A DNA stretch of 63,808 nt, the filler included, from Nemertoderma westbladi (lineage: Eukaryota; Animalia; Xenacoelomorpha), in NCBI GenBank assembly GCA_032718475.1. It is 3 parts of 3 records of this genome, joined end to end, with 100 filler letters (N's around TTAATTAATTAA, not from the genome) between each part and the next. Parts side by side here need not be neighbours in the genome. Positions count along the whole stretch, not along the records: positions 22,289 to 54,255 come from JAUCBJ010006331.1; 2 more parts are not named here. One strand, given 5' to 3'. Within the stretch, counting starts at the first letter, position 1; each line of letters opens with the position of its first letter. Positions 36,901 through 47,282 of the stretch are shown in pieces. The translations under genes and the position numbers were made by a program. The notes beneath the pieces are model-generated. The model was not told where the DNA came from. It did not search any database and was given only the letters and a program-made list of their open reading frames with translations.

Positions 36901-39900
36901 AAAATCGCCTCCGCTTTGCAGGACATTGCTATCGCCGTGAGGACCAGCCAGTGCATAATCTTGTACTTTGGCAGCTTCATGGAGTGAATAAGCATGATGG
37001 ACAGCCCATGACTTTCTTGAGACGCATCTTAAAGGACACTGGCCTTAAATATGCGGATGATCTAGCAAATGTCATGGGTGATAGGGAGTTGTGGCGGTGC
37101 AATTTTGTTGACAAGCCGGCACAGCATTCTTAAAAATGCAGCTGCAATGCAGCATGCCGATCCTAGTAGTAGTCGTATCCAATGTGTCACTCAAAGGTAT
37201 GTGTCGTATCCAATGTTTCACTCAAAGATATATGTCGTATCCAATATGTCACTCAAAGGTTTGTGTCGTATCCAATGTGTCACTAAAGGTTTGTGTCGTA
37301 TCCAATGTGTCACTAAAAGGTATGTGTCGTATCCAATGTGTCACTCAAAGGTATATGTCGTATCCAATGTGTCACTAAAGGTTTGTGTCGTATCCAATGT
37401 GTCACTCAAAGGTATGTGTCGTATCCAATGTGTCACTCAAAGATATGTGTCTTATCCAATGTGTCACTAAAGGTATGTGCCGTATCCAATGTGTCACTAA
37501 AGGTTTGTGTCGTATCCAATGTGTCACTAAAAGGTATGTGTCGTATCCAATGTGTCACTCAAAGGTATATGTCGTATCCAATGTGTCACTAAAGGTTTGT
37601 GTCGTATCCAATGTGTCACTCAAAGGTATGTGTCGTATCCAATGTGTCACTCAAAGGTATGTGTCTTATCCAATGTGTCACTAAAGGTATGTGCCGTATC
37701 CAATGTGTCACTCAAAGGTTTGTGTCGTATCCAATGTGTCACTCAAAGGTTTGTGTCGTATCCATTGTGTCACTAAAGGTATATGTAGTATCCAATGTGT
37801 CACTCAAAGGTTTGTGTCGTATTCAATGTGTCACTAAAGGTTTATGTCGTATCCAATGTGTCACTCAAAGGTATGTGTCGTATCCAATGTGTCACTCAAA
37901 GGTATATGTCGTATCCAATGTGTCAGTTAAGGTATGTGTCGTATCCAATGTGTCACTCAAAGGTATATGTCGCATCCAATGTGTCACTAAAGGTATATGT
38001 CGTATCCAATGTGTCACTAAAGGTTTGTGTCGTATCCAATGTGTCACTCAAAGGTATGTGTCGTATCCAATGTGTCACTCAAAGGTATGTGTCTTATCCA
38101 ATGTGTCACTAAAGGTATGTGCCGTATCCAATGTGTCACTCAAAGGTTTGTGTCGTATCCAATGTGTCACTCAAAGGTTTGTGTCGTATCCAGTGTGTCA
38201 CTAAAGGTATATGTCGTATCCAATGTGTCACTCAAAGGTTTGTGTCGTATCCAATGTGTCACTCAAAGGTATATGTCGTATCCAATGTGTCACTCAAAGG
38301 TATATGTCGTATCCAATGTGTCACTCAAAGGTATGTGTCGTATCCAATGTGTCACTCAAAGGTATATGTCGTATCCAATGTGTCACTCAAAGGTATGTGT
38401 CGTATCCAATGTGTCACTCAAAGGTATATGTCGTATCCAATGTGTCACTCAAAGGTATATGTCGTATCCAATGTGTCACTCAAAGGTATGTGTCGTGTCC
38501 AATGTGTAACTCAAAGGTATGTGTCGTATCCAATGTGTCACTCAAAGGTATATGTCGTATCCAATGTGTCACTCATAGGTATGTGTCGTATCCAATGTGT
38601 CACTCAAAGGTATGTGTCGTATCCAATGTGTCACTCAAAGGTATATGTCGTATCCAATGTGTCACTCAAAGGTATGTGTCGTATGCAATGTGTCACTCAA
38701 AGGTATATGTCGTATCCAATGTGTCACTCAAAGGTATGTGTCGTATCCAATGTGTCACTTAAATGCAGATGTCGGATCCAATGTGTCACTCAAAGGTATG
38801 TGTCGTACCCAATGTGTCACTAAAGGTATGTGTCGTATCCAATGTGTCACTCAAAGGTATATGTCGTATCCAATGTGTCACTCAAAGGTATGTGTCGTAT
38901 CCAATGTGTCACTCAAATATTATTGTCGTATCTAATGTGTCACTAAAAGGTATATGTCGTATTCAATGTGTCACTCAAAGGTATATGTCGTATCCAATGT
39001 GTCACTCAAAGGTATATGTAGTATCCAATGTGTCACTCAAAGGTATATGTCGTATCCAGTGTGTCACTCAAAGGTATGTGTCGTATCCAATGTGTCACTT
39101 AAATGCAGATGTCGGATCCAATGTGTCACTCAAAGGTATGTGTCGTATGCAATGTGTCACTCAAAGGTATATGTCGTATCCAATGTGTCACTCAAAGGTA
39201 TGTGTCGTATCCAATGTGTCACTTAAATGCAGATGTCGGATCCAATGTGTCACTCAAAGGTATGTGTCGTACCCAATGTGTCACTAAAGGTATGTGTCGT
39301 ATCCAATGTGTCACTCAAAGGTATATGTCGTATCCAATGTGTCACTCAAAGGTATGTGTCGTATCCAATGTGTCACTCAAATATTATTGTCGTATCTAAT
39401 GTGTCACTAAAAGGTATATGTCGTATCCAATGTGTCACTCAAAGGTATGTGTCGTATCCAATGTGTCACTCAAATATTATTGTCGTATCTAATGTGTCAC
39501 TAAAAGGTATATGTCGTATCCAATGTGTCACTCAAAGGTATATGTCGTATCCAATGTGTCACTCAAAGGTATATGTCGTATCCAATGTGTCACTAAAGGT
39601 ATGTGTAGTATCCAATGTGTCACTTAAAAGTATATGTCTTATCTAATGTGTTACTCAAAGGTATATGTCGTATCCAATGTGTCGCTCAAAGGTATATGTC
39701 GTATCCAATGTGTCACTCAAAGGTATATGTCGTATCCAATGTGTCAATCAAATGTTTGTGTCGTATCCAATGTGTCACTTAAAGGTATGTGCCGTATCCA
39801 ATGTGTCACTCAAAGGTATGTGTCGTATCCAATGTGTCACTTAAAGGTATATGTCGTATCCAATGTGTCACTAAAGGTATGTGTCGTATCCAATGTGTCA

Positions 39901-42552
39901 CTCAAATGTTTGTGTCGTATCCAATGTGTCACTTAAAGGTATATGTCGTATCCAATGTGTCACTCAAAGGTATGTGTCGTATCCAATGTGTCACTAAAGG
40001 TATATGTCGTATCCAATGTGTCACTCAAAGGTATATGTCGTATCCAATGTATCACTAAAGGTATGTGTCGTATCCAATGTGTCACTTAAAGGTATGTGCC
40101 GTATCCAATGTGCCACTTAAAGGTATGTGTCGTATCCAATGTGTCACTCAAAGGTATATGTCGTATCCAATGTGTCACTCAAAGGTATATGTCGTATCCA
40201 ATGTGTCACTCAAATGTTTGTGTCGTATCCAATGTGTCACTCAAAGGTATATGTCGTATCCAATGTGTCACTCAAAAGTTTGTGTCGTATCTAATGTGTC
40301 TCTCAAAGGTATATGTCGTATCCAATGTGTCACTCAAGTGTTTGTGCCGTATCCAATGTGTCACTCAAAGGAATATGTCGTATCCAAAGTGTCACTCAAA
40401 GGTATATGTCGTATCCAATGTGTCACTCAAAGGTTTGTGTCGTATCTAATGTGTCACTCAAAGGTATATATCGTATCCAATGTGTCACTCAAAGGTGTGT
40501 GTCGCATCCAATGTGTCACTCAAAGGTATGTGTCGTATCCAATGTGTAACTCAAAGGTATATGTCGTATACAATGTGTCACTCAAAGGTATATGTCGTAT
40601 CCAATGTGTCACTTCAATATTTGTGGGGTATCCAATGTGTCACTCAAAGGTATATGTCGTATCCAATGTGTCACTCAAAGGTATATGTCGTATCCAATGT
40701 GTCACTCAAAGGTATGTGTCGTATCCAATGTGTCACTCAAAGGTATGTGTATTATCCAATGTGTCACTAAAGGTATGTGCCGTATCCAATGTGTCACTCA
40801 AAGGTTTGTGTCGTATCCAATGTGTCACTCAAATGTTTGTGTCGTATCCAATGTGTCACTCAAAGGTATATATCGTATCCAATGTGTCACTCAAAGGTAT
40901 GTACCGTATCCAATGTGTCACTCAAAGGTATATGTCGTATCCAATGTGTCACTCAAAGGTATGTGCCGTATCCAATGTGTCACTCAAAGGTATATTTCGT
41001 ATCCAATGTGTCACTCAAAGGTATGTGTCGTATCCAATGTGTCACTAAACGTATATATCGTATCCAATGTGTCACTCTAAAGTATGTGTCGTATCCAATG
41101 TATGTGCCGTATCCTATGTGTCACTCAAAGGTATGTGTCGTATCCAATGTGTCACTCAAAGGTATATGTCGTATCCAATGTGTCACTCAAAGGTATATGT
41201 CGTATCCAATGTGTCACTCAAAGGTATATGTCGTATCCAGTGTGTCACTAAAGGTATATGTCGTATCCAATGTGTCACTAAAGGTATGTGCCGTATCCAA
41301 TGTGTCACTCAAAGGTATGTGTCGTATCCAATGTGTCACTCAAAGGTATGTGTCTTATCCAATGTGTCACTAAAGGTATGTGCCGTATCCAATGTGTCAC
41401 TCAAATGTTTGTGTCGTATATAATGTGTCACTCAAAGGTATATGTATCCAATGTGTCACTCAAAAGTTTGTGTCGTATCTAATGTGTCACTCAAAGGTAT
41501 ATGTCGTATCCAATGTGTCACTCAAGTGTTTGTGCCGTATCCAATGTGTCACTCAAAGGAATATGTCGTATCCAATGTGTCACTCAAAGGTATATGTCGT
41601 ATCCAATGTGTCACTAAAGGTATGTGCCGTATCCAATGTGTCACTCAAAGGTTTGTGTCGTATCCAATGTGTCACTCAAAGGAATATGTCGTATCCAATG
41701 TGTCACTCAAAGGTATATGTCGTATCCAATGTGTCACTAAAGGTATGTGCCGTATCCAATGTGTCACTCAAAGGTTTGTGTCGTATCCAATGTGTCACTC
41801 AAAGGTTTGTGTCGTATCCAATGTGTCACTAAATGTATATGTCGTATCCAATGTGTCACTCAAAAGTATGTGTCGTATCCAATGTGTAACTCAAAGGTAT
41901 ATGCCGTATACAATGTGTCACTCAAAGGTATATGTCGTATCCAATGTGTCACTCAAATATTTGTGGCGTATCCAATGTGTCACTCAAAGGTATATGTAGT
42001 ATCCAAAGTTCGGTTTCATATTCATATTAGGTGTCATATCCAAATAAGTTTCCATATCCAAATAAGGTTTCATATCCAAATAAGGTTTCATATCCAAATA
42101 AGGTTTCATATCCAAATAAGGTTTCATATCCAAATAAAGTGTCAATCAAGGATAGGATTCGTATCAAGGTTTATTCTACCTACGTTACTGTAGGTGTCGT
42201 ATCCAATGTGTCATTGTACGTAAGTTTTTTTAATTATGTTAGAGTGAATACTTATATGTCTACAGCGATACTTTAATTATTATTACCAGGTCAACCAGTT
42301 GCTTACGGTATGCAACCGACCAACAATACCTACAGCGGGGGGCAACCACCACATCCCGGTGCCGTGAATTACGGTGCGCCGGTGGGACCGCTTCCGGTAA
42401 ACCCAGCACACCAGTACGCCACACCACCAACATACCCGCCGCCTCCATTTCCGGTGAATACAACAGCGGAGTACGACGTACCCCCGACACACCCACCGCC
42501 TCCTTTTAATACTGCTTACTCTGCGCCGGTATACCATCCACCCCAATATTAG
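27909..42552 (+). CDS. Shisa/WBP1/CYYR1-like single-pass membrane protein, 241 aa: join(27909..27975,33335..33506,34722..34799,35008..35153,42290..42552)
   Basis: All four introns are GT-AG with matching phases (1,2,2,1); total 726 nt. Product has a signal peptide-like start (FLFICFLIL), a Cys-rich ectodomain (CC repeats), a TM helix VVAAVFAFGVPGLCLCICVTTGVVLAC, a KGKKKK stop-transfer and a Pro/Tyr-rich tail with PPTY. Confidence 0.8.
28110..28772. mobile_element. Solo LTR
   Basis: TG...CA termini; 5-bp TSD GGGAG (28105-28109, 28773-28777); homologous to 54625-55191. Confidence 0.85.
28773..28940. repeat. 31-bp minisatellite (about 5 units) interrupted by the solo LTR
   Basis: Unit GGGAGAGCCATAGTTCGAAAGTCACGGTATT; a partial unit lies left of the LTR at 28094-28109. 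Confidence 0.9.
29070..32260. repeat. 27-bp satellite with higher-order structure, about 120 units, in intron 1
   Basis: Unit CCATTAACCATTGCTACAATAATCTGC with recurring ordered variants. Confidence 0.97.
32263..33268. mobile_element. Diverged relative of the piggyBac-like MITE family
   Basis: CCC-G(n)-TCATTTT left end; C(n)GGGCCAGATAGGG right end; AAAAATACAAGTAGC and TTTTCTGGGCGCTGAT motifs as in 2923-4302. Confidence 0.45.
34252..34410 (+). mobile_element. Old RTE fragment
   Basis: Similar to 35925-36075 (AAGAAGGACAGGCA..TGGCTGTCATTTATGTAGACTTTCTTCAAGGC). Confidence 0.55.
35161..42008. repeat. 31/30-bp satellite (about 160 units) filling intron 4, split by an RTE insertion
   Basis: Unit GTCGTATCCAATGTGTCACTCAAAGGTAT(A/G)T at 35161-35387 and 37172-42008. 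Confidence 0.97.
35388..37171 (+). mobile_element. 5'-truncated RTE-clade LINE with an almost intact RT
   Basis: ASGVDGVPPE, VPVPKKGN, FRGISL, FVDFFKAFDSV, GVLQGDTLAPFLF, DLDFADD, FCYLGS; one in-frame stop at 35892; (TAG)n tail; GTCGTATCCAAT repeated at 35376-35387 and 37172-37183. Confidence 0.92.
42014..42138. repeat. 18-bp minisatellite TTTCATATCCAAATAAGG
   Basis: About 6 units directly after the 31-bp array. Confidence 0.85.
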
Positions 42553-43098
42553 ATGGACATTCAGTACGTACAGTACTTGTTGGTTTATTGCCTGCCTGCT
42601 ACCAAGTATCGCTTTTATTCGTTTGTACGACTTCGGCCTGCATACTATCGTGGTCTCCAGGTGTAAATAGGGTGCAGTATTTACAGTTCAGTAGGTACTG
42701 TACTACTGTAGGCCTACTGTAGTTAGTAGCATGTATCTTTTTTCCTGGATTTTCTTATCTAATAATCTTAGAGTGTACAATAATACCTCATGTTGTTATG
42801 CTTAAATGGTTAGACATTGTCATATATTTTAAACGTTCATGTCACTCCGGCCGTTTATTTAAAGTCGGCGGTACTTTATATTGTCATTAATATTGCAAAA
42901 AAAACATTATAAGACAGTCAACAAAATTTAAAATAAGCAAATCGTACTGCAGCATCGTAAGATATTATTGAAATTTTTAGTCGCGAAATTAAAAAAAAAA
43001 ACCAGTAGAGTAATTACTTTCATTTACTACAATAAATAAGTACAAGTACATCATGCCCAGAAATATAGGGTCGTAATTTGGCGATATTGACACCCCCA

Positions 43099-44620
43099 CC
43101 ATGAAAAGAACCATAGAGTGTTAGGTTGCCTTTCTTGAGAACTGGCACCAACTTATTTGTTTTTATTTCTTGAGGGACTCTCGTCGTTCTGTACATGTGT
43201 AACATGTTTATTATTATGGGCTAATTGAGCTCCAAACACTCTGGTATTTTAAAGACCTCAGGGGGGGGGGGGACACCATCTACTCCACTTAATGCTCTTT
43301 GCGGCAGCCTTGACTCCGGCAAAGGAGATATCGCTAATGGGAATCTGGGAGTAGTGACTCAGACACTTTTACTTCTTGGGAATCTGGGAGTAGAGACTCA
43401 GACACTTTTACTTCTATAATTAAGTTATAGCACACAATCAGAACCATCTTAGGAAAATCTTAGCCAGTATTCCAGAATATGAGAAGTGGCAACGGATATG
43501 ATGCGGTTGGAAATTTAGTCTATTTTGTCCAATGCTGCATGTGCACTTGGATTCATCAATAGACCAATTCCACCGTTGCCACTGTCATCTGCTGATGCGA
43601 GGGCAAGTCGCCAACCGCCCCCATGTGCTTAATCTGAACCTCATCAGTATGTCCATGTCCAGTCTGCATTCGGTGCTCTTGAATACCCGCTGCGCTAAGA
43701 GAGAGGTTATCTGCCAAGGCAGTCAGCTCACCTTGTCGCATTGGGAACTTAAGGTGTTAAGGTATTAAATGAGGCTACAGTAGTCCAATCCAATCACTTG
43801 CCTGAGGTTCATTAAAGGCTGGCTGGGTTGGCCTGATAACAGCCTCTGCTTCCAGAATTCCTATCCCCTTATCAATCTCGCCTCCCAGGTGAGGGTGACC
43901 CAGTGTTTGGGCCAGCCAGAAAGGTCACCAAGAAAAAAGAGACTTACAGAATTGTTGGTGTTGGCCACCTTCACTCCTATGGGATAAGACAGGCAGCCGC
44001 AGCCGGTCAGAAGATAACTGGCACCTGTGAGGCCATCTGTGTCCGGTTATTCCACTGGCCCCTAGATGCCGGACATCCACATTACTAATGCAGTAATGCT
44101 ATCCTTATAGTGGGATTGGGGGGTGCTATTTTACCGAGTCAGCTCTCGGGGCAAATACCGCACAGCCGTACCCTGATTTACCATTCCACAGGGTGGGTGT
44201 CGCAGTAGAGTAAAATATAGGTCCCATCACACATGCCTACTCTGAAGCACATGACCCACCATTGGCTGGCCTATCCTGCACAGATCAGATGTTTAGCCAT
44301 GTCCTGTACCCCTTCTGCCAGGTGCAGGTCGCAGTGGAGTGCACCTAATTATGGAGATGAGAGCGCTCTAGTCGTGAACAGGGAACAGCCAATGGTAGAT
44401 TTCAATCTTCCCTGTGTCAGCTGACACAGGGAAGATTGATTGAAATGGTAGATTGAAATCTACCAGGCCATATACCCCTGCAGTACGCAGTATACAGCAT
44501 GATCCTTTACCCAGGACCGCGGGGGTCCTATTTACTAGACCAGATGATGCCCTAAGTAACAGGGTCTATCAGTCACTATCACCCAGCCTACCTGTCATCA
44601 CCAGTTTGACCCAACTTATG
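43099..44620 (-). mobile_element. 5' part of the same RTE family (5' UTR, endonuclease remnant, pre-RT region; internally deleted)
   Basis: AAGIQEHR endonuclease motif (43556-43741); 43100-43420 is the reverse complement of about 35530-35815. Confidence 0.7.
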
Positions 44621-44845
44621 GAAGATCAAACAAATATATCTAAAAAGGTCTAAAAAATCTTTTTTTTTTACTATTTTTTAATATTTTTTTTAATATTCTT
44701 ATTCTTTGCATGTTTATCTCCAGGCATAAATATTAAGTGTGGCAGCTTTGAGTCACCGAAGTGCAGGCTGGCAGGCCTGTTGCGAAATGGGCCAATATAA
44801 AGAATACCAGACTTTCTGCCGTTATATTTCACTTTGCAATTGACC

Positions 44846-45049
44846 CCCATGTGAAGAATACCAGGTTTTCACTAAAACCACGTTTCAGAAGGGCTGATTC
44901 TCACCAAAACAATAAACGAATAAGTATCTATAAGGTTATAAGCCACGAATAAGCGCTATAAAACACCTAAAACGGATAAATTTAAATAAATACAAATTCT
45001 TCATATATAAAATTCCAATAGAATTTCGACCTGTTATTCTTCACCTGGG
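44846..45049. mobile_element. Small MITE-like inverted repeat
   Basis: CCCATGTGAAGAATACCAGGT versus the reverse complement CCCAGGTGAAGAATAACAGGT. Confidence 0.4.
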
Positions 45050-45229
45050 CGAATGTATATTTAATCTTTCGCAGTTATTATTCTCATTGGCCAAGAAATT
45101 TCCAGTTTGACGAGGGAAATTTGAATTGGTTTGTAGTATTTGTACTACAGTAAATTGTCATAATGACACTACCACTACAGTATGATACTACTCTCTGCGT
45201 GCGTACTCCGGTCTTACGTATTCTCTTAA

Positions 45230-45425
45230 GCTCGTACAGATACACTTCGCGATGACAGCGCGGTGGTTTTGAGTTTCATTTTGAACGCACTTTGACAGCG
45301 CTGTCGCTGTAACAACGTTTTCACAGCGCTGTTATCAAAAACCAAAACGCTGTGATTGAAGGCATTGAACCGCATTGCGATTTCAGAGCGCTGTCATCGC
45401 GAGAAGTGTATCTCTGAACCGGACT
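45230..45425. mobile_element. Fold-back MITE (Harbinger/Tourist-like) just upstream of the MATE gene
   Basis: AGATACACTTCGCGATGACAGCGC ... GCGCTGTCATCGCGAGAAGTGTATCT inverted repeat, with TAA/TTA flanks. Confidence 0.55.
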
Positions 45426-45537
45426 TTATTCTGTTATTAATTTTATTTTACTGGTCTAAAAAAATTATGTTAAATTTGTCTTGTTCTAGCTTCTGAGCTT
45501 TTTCGATTACGGATAGATATTGGCCTTCTACTTGATT

Positions 45538-46863
45538 ATGGGTTGGCTAAACACATTGAAATTTTCATTCTCTCGTTTTAATTACAAGTTGTACTTAACG
45601 CTTTTTTTCCGACTGCTAATGCCGACAGCTTATCGAACTTTTAGGGTGTATATCCTGGGGACGCTTCCTAACACATCCCAGATAAGTATAGCCAGTCAAA
45701 TGGTCTGGGTTAATATTCTATTGGAGATTCTGGAGGAAGGATTATTGCAACCTCTCTATCATTGCCTCGGCAGCTCCATCGGAGATTTTAACTCAACAAA
45801 AAACAAAGTGAAAACCGGTTTCTTTCTGTCGGCGGTAGTTTATATTTTGTTTAGCTCAATAACGGCTGCTGCCGCAGACCCTTTAGTCCGTTTAATGGCG
45901 CAAAACGCCCAACTTCGCTACGAAACAATCGATTACGTCAGACTCGAACTGATTGGCGTCGTGGCTTCCAGCCTCAGTAAGTTTCTCATGCTCGTAATGG
46001 TTATGCACGAGTGGAACGGAGAAATATTCCTCACCTTGGCCGTCCAGATGGTCTCCTCTGTAATTCTCGATTGTTTTTTGGTCTCGGAAATGGGGGCGGA
46101 TTTGGGTGCAACTGGTATCGCCTATTCCAGCATCGGTTCCGGTCTACTGGTTCTCGGGTTTAGCGTCGCGGTCACCTGGAAGAAACTCCATCTCCATGGC
46201 TACGACTTGGTAGGCGAACCTTACGATTTCGGATGGTTCCGCAGATGGACGAGAGTCGGGATTTTCTCCGCATTAGATTCTCTTATTCGTAACGCGGTTT
46301 ATCTGATCGTGGTGATACGGGCGATGAATCTATTAGACGAACAGGACTCCTATTGGGTGGCCAACACCTTTATATGGAACTGGCTTCTGCTTCTCTCTCT
46401 ACCGCTATCTGAGGTGCTCAAACAGGACGTTGCGTACAAGAACCAGAACCCTCTCTCCCATAGCAGCAAAGTTTCCGCGTACATCGCGATCTGTGCCTTT
46501 ATATTTGCGTTATGGGCTATACTGTACCCAGTCTGGGGTTATTTTATAACTTACATTCTAAACGCCTCTAAACCTGAGACCGTTGAGTTGCTGACCACTT
46601 TGTTGGTCCCCTGCTACGCGGTCTTTGTGTTGGGAAATCTTATGACGTCGGTTTTCTACGCTCTCGGACGCACTGAGTTTCTGGCCTTCGCTTCTTTCTG
46701 CGGGAATATTCTACTAGTCGTGCTATTCATGCTCTTCACACATGGATTTTTCCCCAACACCGTGTTTAGCGTCGCTGCTATTTTTGGCTCTGGTTTGGTT
46801 TTCGGTTTCCCTGTTCATGCTGTTTTCTATTTTTGGATAATGAGGAAGTACCCGTTAATATAA
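45538..46863 (+). CDS. Intronless MATE-like multi-pass transporter (441 aa from the first ATG), bacterial-type subfamily
   Basis: About 12 hydrophobic segments. Motifs FNYKL..LLMPTAYRTFRV..LG.LP, SIASQ..WVN.L.E..EE....PL and EQDSYWVANTFIWNWLLL..L.E.LKQD resemble a bacterial Na+-driven MATE efflux family as I recall it. Confidence 0.8.
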   Translation: MGWLNTLKFSFSRFNYKLYLTLFFRLLMPTAYRTFRVYILGTLPNTSQISIASQMVWVNILLEILEEGLLQPLYHCLGSSIGDFNSTKNKVKTGFFLSAVVYILFSSITAAAADPLVRLMAQNAQLRYETIDYVRLELIGVVASSLSKFLMLVMVMHEWNGEIFLTLAVQMVSSVILDCFLVSEMGADLGATGIAYSSIGSGLLVLGFSVAVTWKKLHLHGYDLVGEPYDFGWFRRWTRVGIFSALDSLIRNAVYLIVVIRAMNLLDEQDSYWVANTFIWNWLLLLSLPLSEVLKQDVAYKNQNPLSHSSKVSAYIAICAFIFALWAILYPVWGYFITYILNASKPETVELLTTLLVPCYAVFVLGNLMTSVFYALGRTEFLAFASFCGNILLVVLFMLFTHGFFPNTVFSVAAIFGSGLVFGFPVHAVFYFWIMRKYPLI

Positions 46864-46974
46864 AAGTAAGAGTAAAAGTTAAAGTGTAATTTGTAATATA
46901 TACTGTAGGGCCTACACTACATTAGTTTGAATCTCGAATTAGAGTATTCTTTTATTCTCCATATTTCTGTAGTT

Positions 46975-47282
46975 TTTTACTGTATTGACAGTACCGCGTA
47001 CCGGTACTGTAATTATTTGTTACTGTAATGACAGTGCCTGGTACCGGTACTGTAATTATTTGTTACGGCATTGACAGTACCTGGTACCGGTACTGTAATT
47101 ATTTTTTACTGTATTGACAGTGCCTGGTACCGGTACTGTAATTATTTGTTACGGCATTGACAGTACCTGGTACCGGTACTGTAATTATTTTTTACTGTAA
47201 TGACAGTACCTGGTACTGGTACTGTAATTATTTTTTACTGTATTGACACTTGACACTACCTGGTACCGGTACTGTAATTATT
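46975..47282. repeat. 43-bp minisatellite, about 7 units, palindromic core
   Basis: CCGGTACTGTAATTA recurs at 47001, 47044, 47087 and 47130; core CAGTACCTGGTACCGGTACTG. Confidence 0.9.

Noticed and set aside
42194-42219. Satellite-derived micro-exon (tag|GTGTCG...GTAC|gtaagt)
   Set aside because: At 26 nt it breaks the frame with both downstream acceptors; at most a poison exon, and unsupported without RNA data.
37069-42276. Many Cys-rich ORFs (CRIQCVTQ / SYPMCHSK)
   Set aside because: They are artefacts of a 31/30-bp non-3n satellite cycling through all frames.
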